The position numbers and the translations under genes were made by a program. Shown in pieces: positions 62,131 through 64,000 of a stretch of 64,000 bases of DNA (positions are counted from its first letter, which is position 1; each line of letters starts with the position of its first letter). Under the pieces are notes generated by a model, which was not told the DNA's origin, did no database searches, and worked only from the letters and a program-made list of their open reading frames with translations. Where the stretch lies: assembly GCF_035084215.1 (NCBI RefSeq), contig NC_090333.1, positions 33,666,001 to 33,730,000 on the forward strand, in the 5' to 3' direction. The DNA is from Heptranchias perlo. Taxonomy: Eukaryota.

Positions 62131-64000
62131 CTACGATCTTTTTCATTTTAAAGTATTTCCTGCATTCCTTAATTTTAAACTTTATTCTCCGGTAACAGTT
62201 CATCTGCTGTTGCTGGGAAGAAGAGATAAAAAAGAAAAAAAAATTGAAAAAATATCCCGCAATGGTAAATACTGATTTGAACAGTATGCATACCAAAAAC
62301 AGGGATCTAATTCCCTGTCTGCCATTCAGGGATTTAAAAGAAAACTATTTTTTTACATTTTAAAACGTCTTTATACACAGTAATAGAATATTGACTGGAA
62401 GAAAAATGTTTTAATTCTTGTTTTAAAAAAAACTGATATAACAAAGGCTGGAATCAAAGCTTCTAAAAGGCCAGGGCCAAAGGTTACCAGGGTCCTGAGT
62501 ATCCCATCTAAACAAATTCAAGTTTAACCACTGGATACACAGAATCTGCCAATCTCTCTTCTCCCTGAGCTGGCTCTGCTTTTATCTACTGCTCTTCATT
62601 TTCACACTGAGAACCAAGATAGGGTAGTAGGGCAAAAATACCAGCCTCTGTTGTGATATAAAACCTATCTCTTTCCTTGAGTGAGAATAGACTGCACGAG
62701 ATGGCACAGTGCAGTGAATGAGCTAGTTCAAGGGATGTTTTTTGAAAGTTAATACGAAATCCCAGTGAAGGACACAAGCATCATCAGATATAGCACTCTG
62801 TTCAGCCAAGGGGCAAGACAAGACAACAAGATAAAGCCATATGCAATTTATGTTTAATTTCTTATCAAAAGCAGAAAAGGAGAGAAATATACAAAGACTT
62901 GCATTTATAAAATGCCTTATTACATCTCTCAGAAATATTCCAAAGCACTTCGCAAATAATGAACTACTTTGAAATGCAGTTACAGTGTTACGTCGGCAAA
63001 CACGGCAACCATTTTTGCATGAAAGTCCCACAAAGAGCAATAAGATGAATGACTCCAATCCTTTTGAAGATAAACTGAGAAACACTTGGTAAGATGAGGT
63101 CAGATATGAATCGTTAAGCTGCTCTATTTCACAGACAGCAAGTCGATGTAAAGAGTAACAATCAAAGCAAATTTCATTTACTTCACTCAGTCTCATTTCT
63201 CCTCTCAAAAAATGGGTAAAAATAATAAACCATGCACTTTGTCCCTTTTCTGGGCTGACTTACATGTTTTCTCGAATACTTCTAACTGCAAAAACTGAAC
63301 TCCTGCAATTTAGCTTCCAGCTCTCAGCCCCGGGCATACACCTTGCAGTCGCATTTAATACCTAACTAGCCCTGAATAGAGGGGCAGTGTCTATATGAAA
63401 AGAATGGATGTGACTATTTGTTGGCCATCTGAGATGAGCTAATGAATTGCTTAATGACCCCTCCATTCTCGTTGTTGGGCCTGAGTTGAGAAAATAGACA
63501 CTCATTGTGTTGGTTTAAAATAAATTGTGAGCTATGAGATTCCACAAATTGGCCTATTTGACTTAAATACATATTTGCAATTCTTGTAGCTCTTTTATTT
63601 TAAACTGAATTTACTTTGTTTTAAAACACAGTACCTAAACATAACTCAATACCAAAAATCCTTTCTATGACAATAACAATGATCAAAAATTCAGAAACGT
63701 GATTAAAGTGCAATTGCAGATTTCCTGGAGCACAGTCTTGAGTGTGCCCTTGGCTGCAGAAAACAATTTTGCAAAGAGTGACATTGTGTTGTAAATAACG
63801 TAATTTCACATTTTACAGCCAAATAAATCAACAGAAATCATGAGGCTGATGACATTCCTTGATTACTGAAATGGAAGTACATTTCTGTGTGTGTATATTG
63901 GGTGGGATAATAACAGAGTGCAGCTGAAGGCAACTAATGAAGACAGATGTCTCATCATATTGAGTTTTATGGTTGTAGAAAGCATAGGAATGGAAAATGT

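Noticed and set aside
56900-64000. MAST2 or other coding exons upstream of IPP
   Set aside because: Only short ORFs without recognisable domains, plus TE fragments. Treated as intergenic.

Overview
Eukaryotic, TE-rich vertebrate DNA, most likely a cartilaginous fish (inferred from the CR1/L2/SINE/Penelope repeat content). Two complete protein-coding genes were reconstructed by hand from GT-AG exons. TMEM69 (+) has coding exons 23162-23206 and 27026-27739 (252 aa). IPP/KLHL27 (-) has 8 coding exons from 47667 to 31398 (590 aa BTB-BACK-Kelch protein). A CpG-rich promoter and first exon on the - strand at about 17141-17560 is probably GPBP1L1, based on synteny only. The rest is intron/intergenic DNA filled with nested CR1 and L2 LINE fragments, SINEs and Penelope-like element (PLE) ends. 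The most notable observations are: (i) a family of about 200-bp palindromic PLE-derived mini-elements carrying minimal hammerhead ribozyme motifs and 10-12 bp TSDs, one of which has (TTAGGG)n telomeric repeats at its symmetry centre; (ii) a 40-nt inverted copy of an IPP exon end plus splice donor inside an upstream IPP intron; (iii) a ~1.5-kb CpG-rich 27-bp minisatellite with CTCF-like units directly upstream of IPP. Repeat boundaries are approximate, and no database search was possible.
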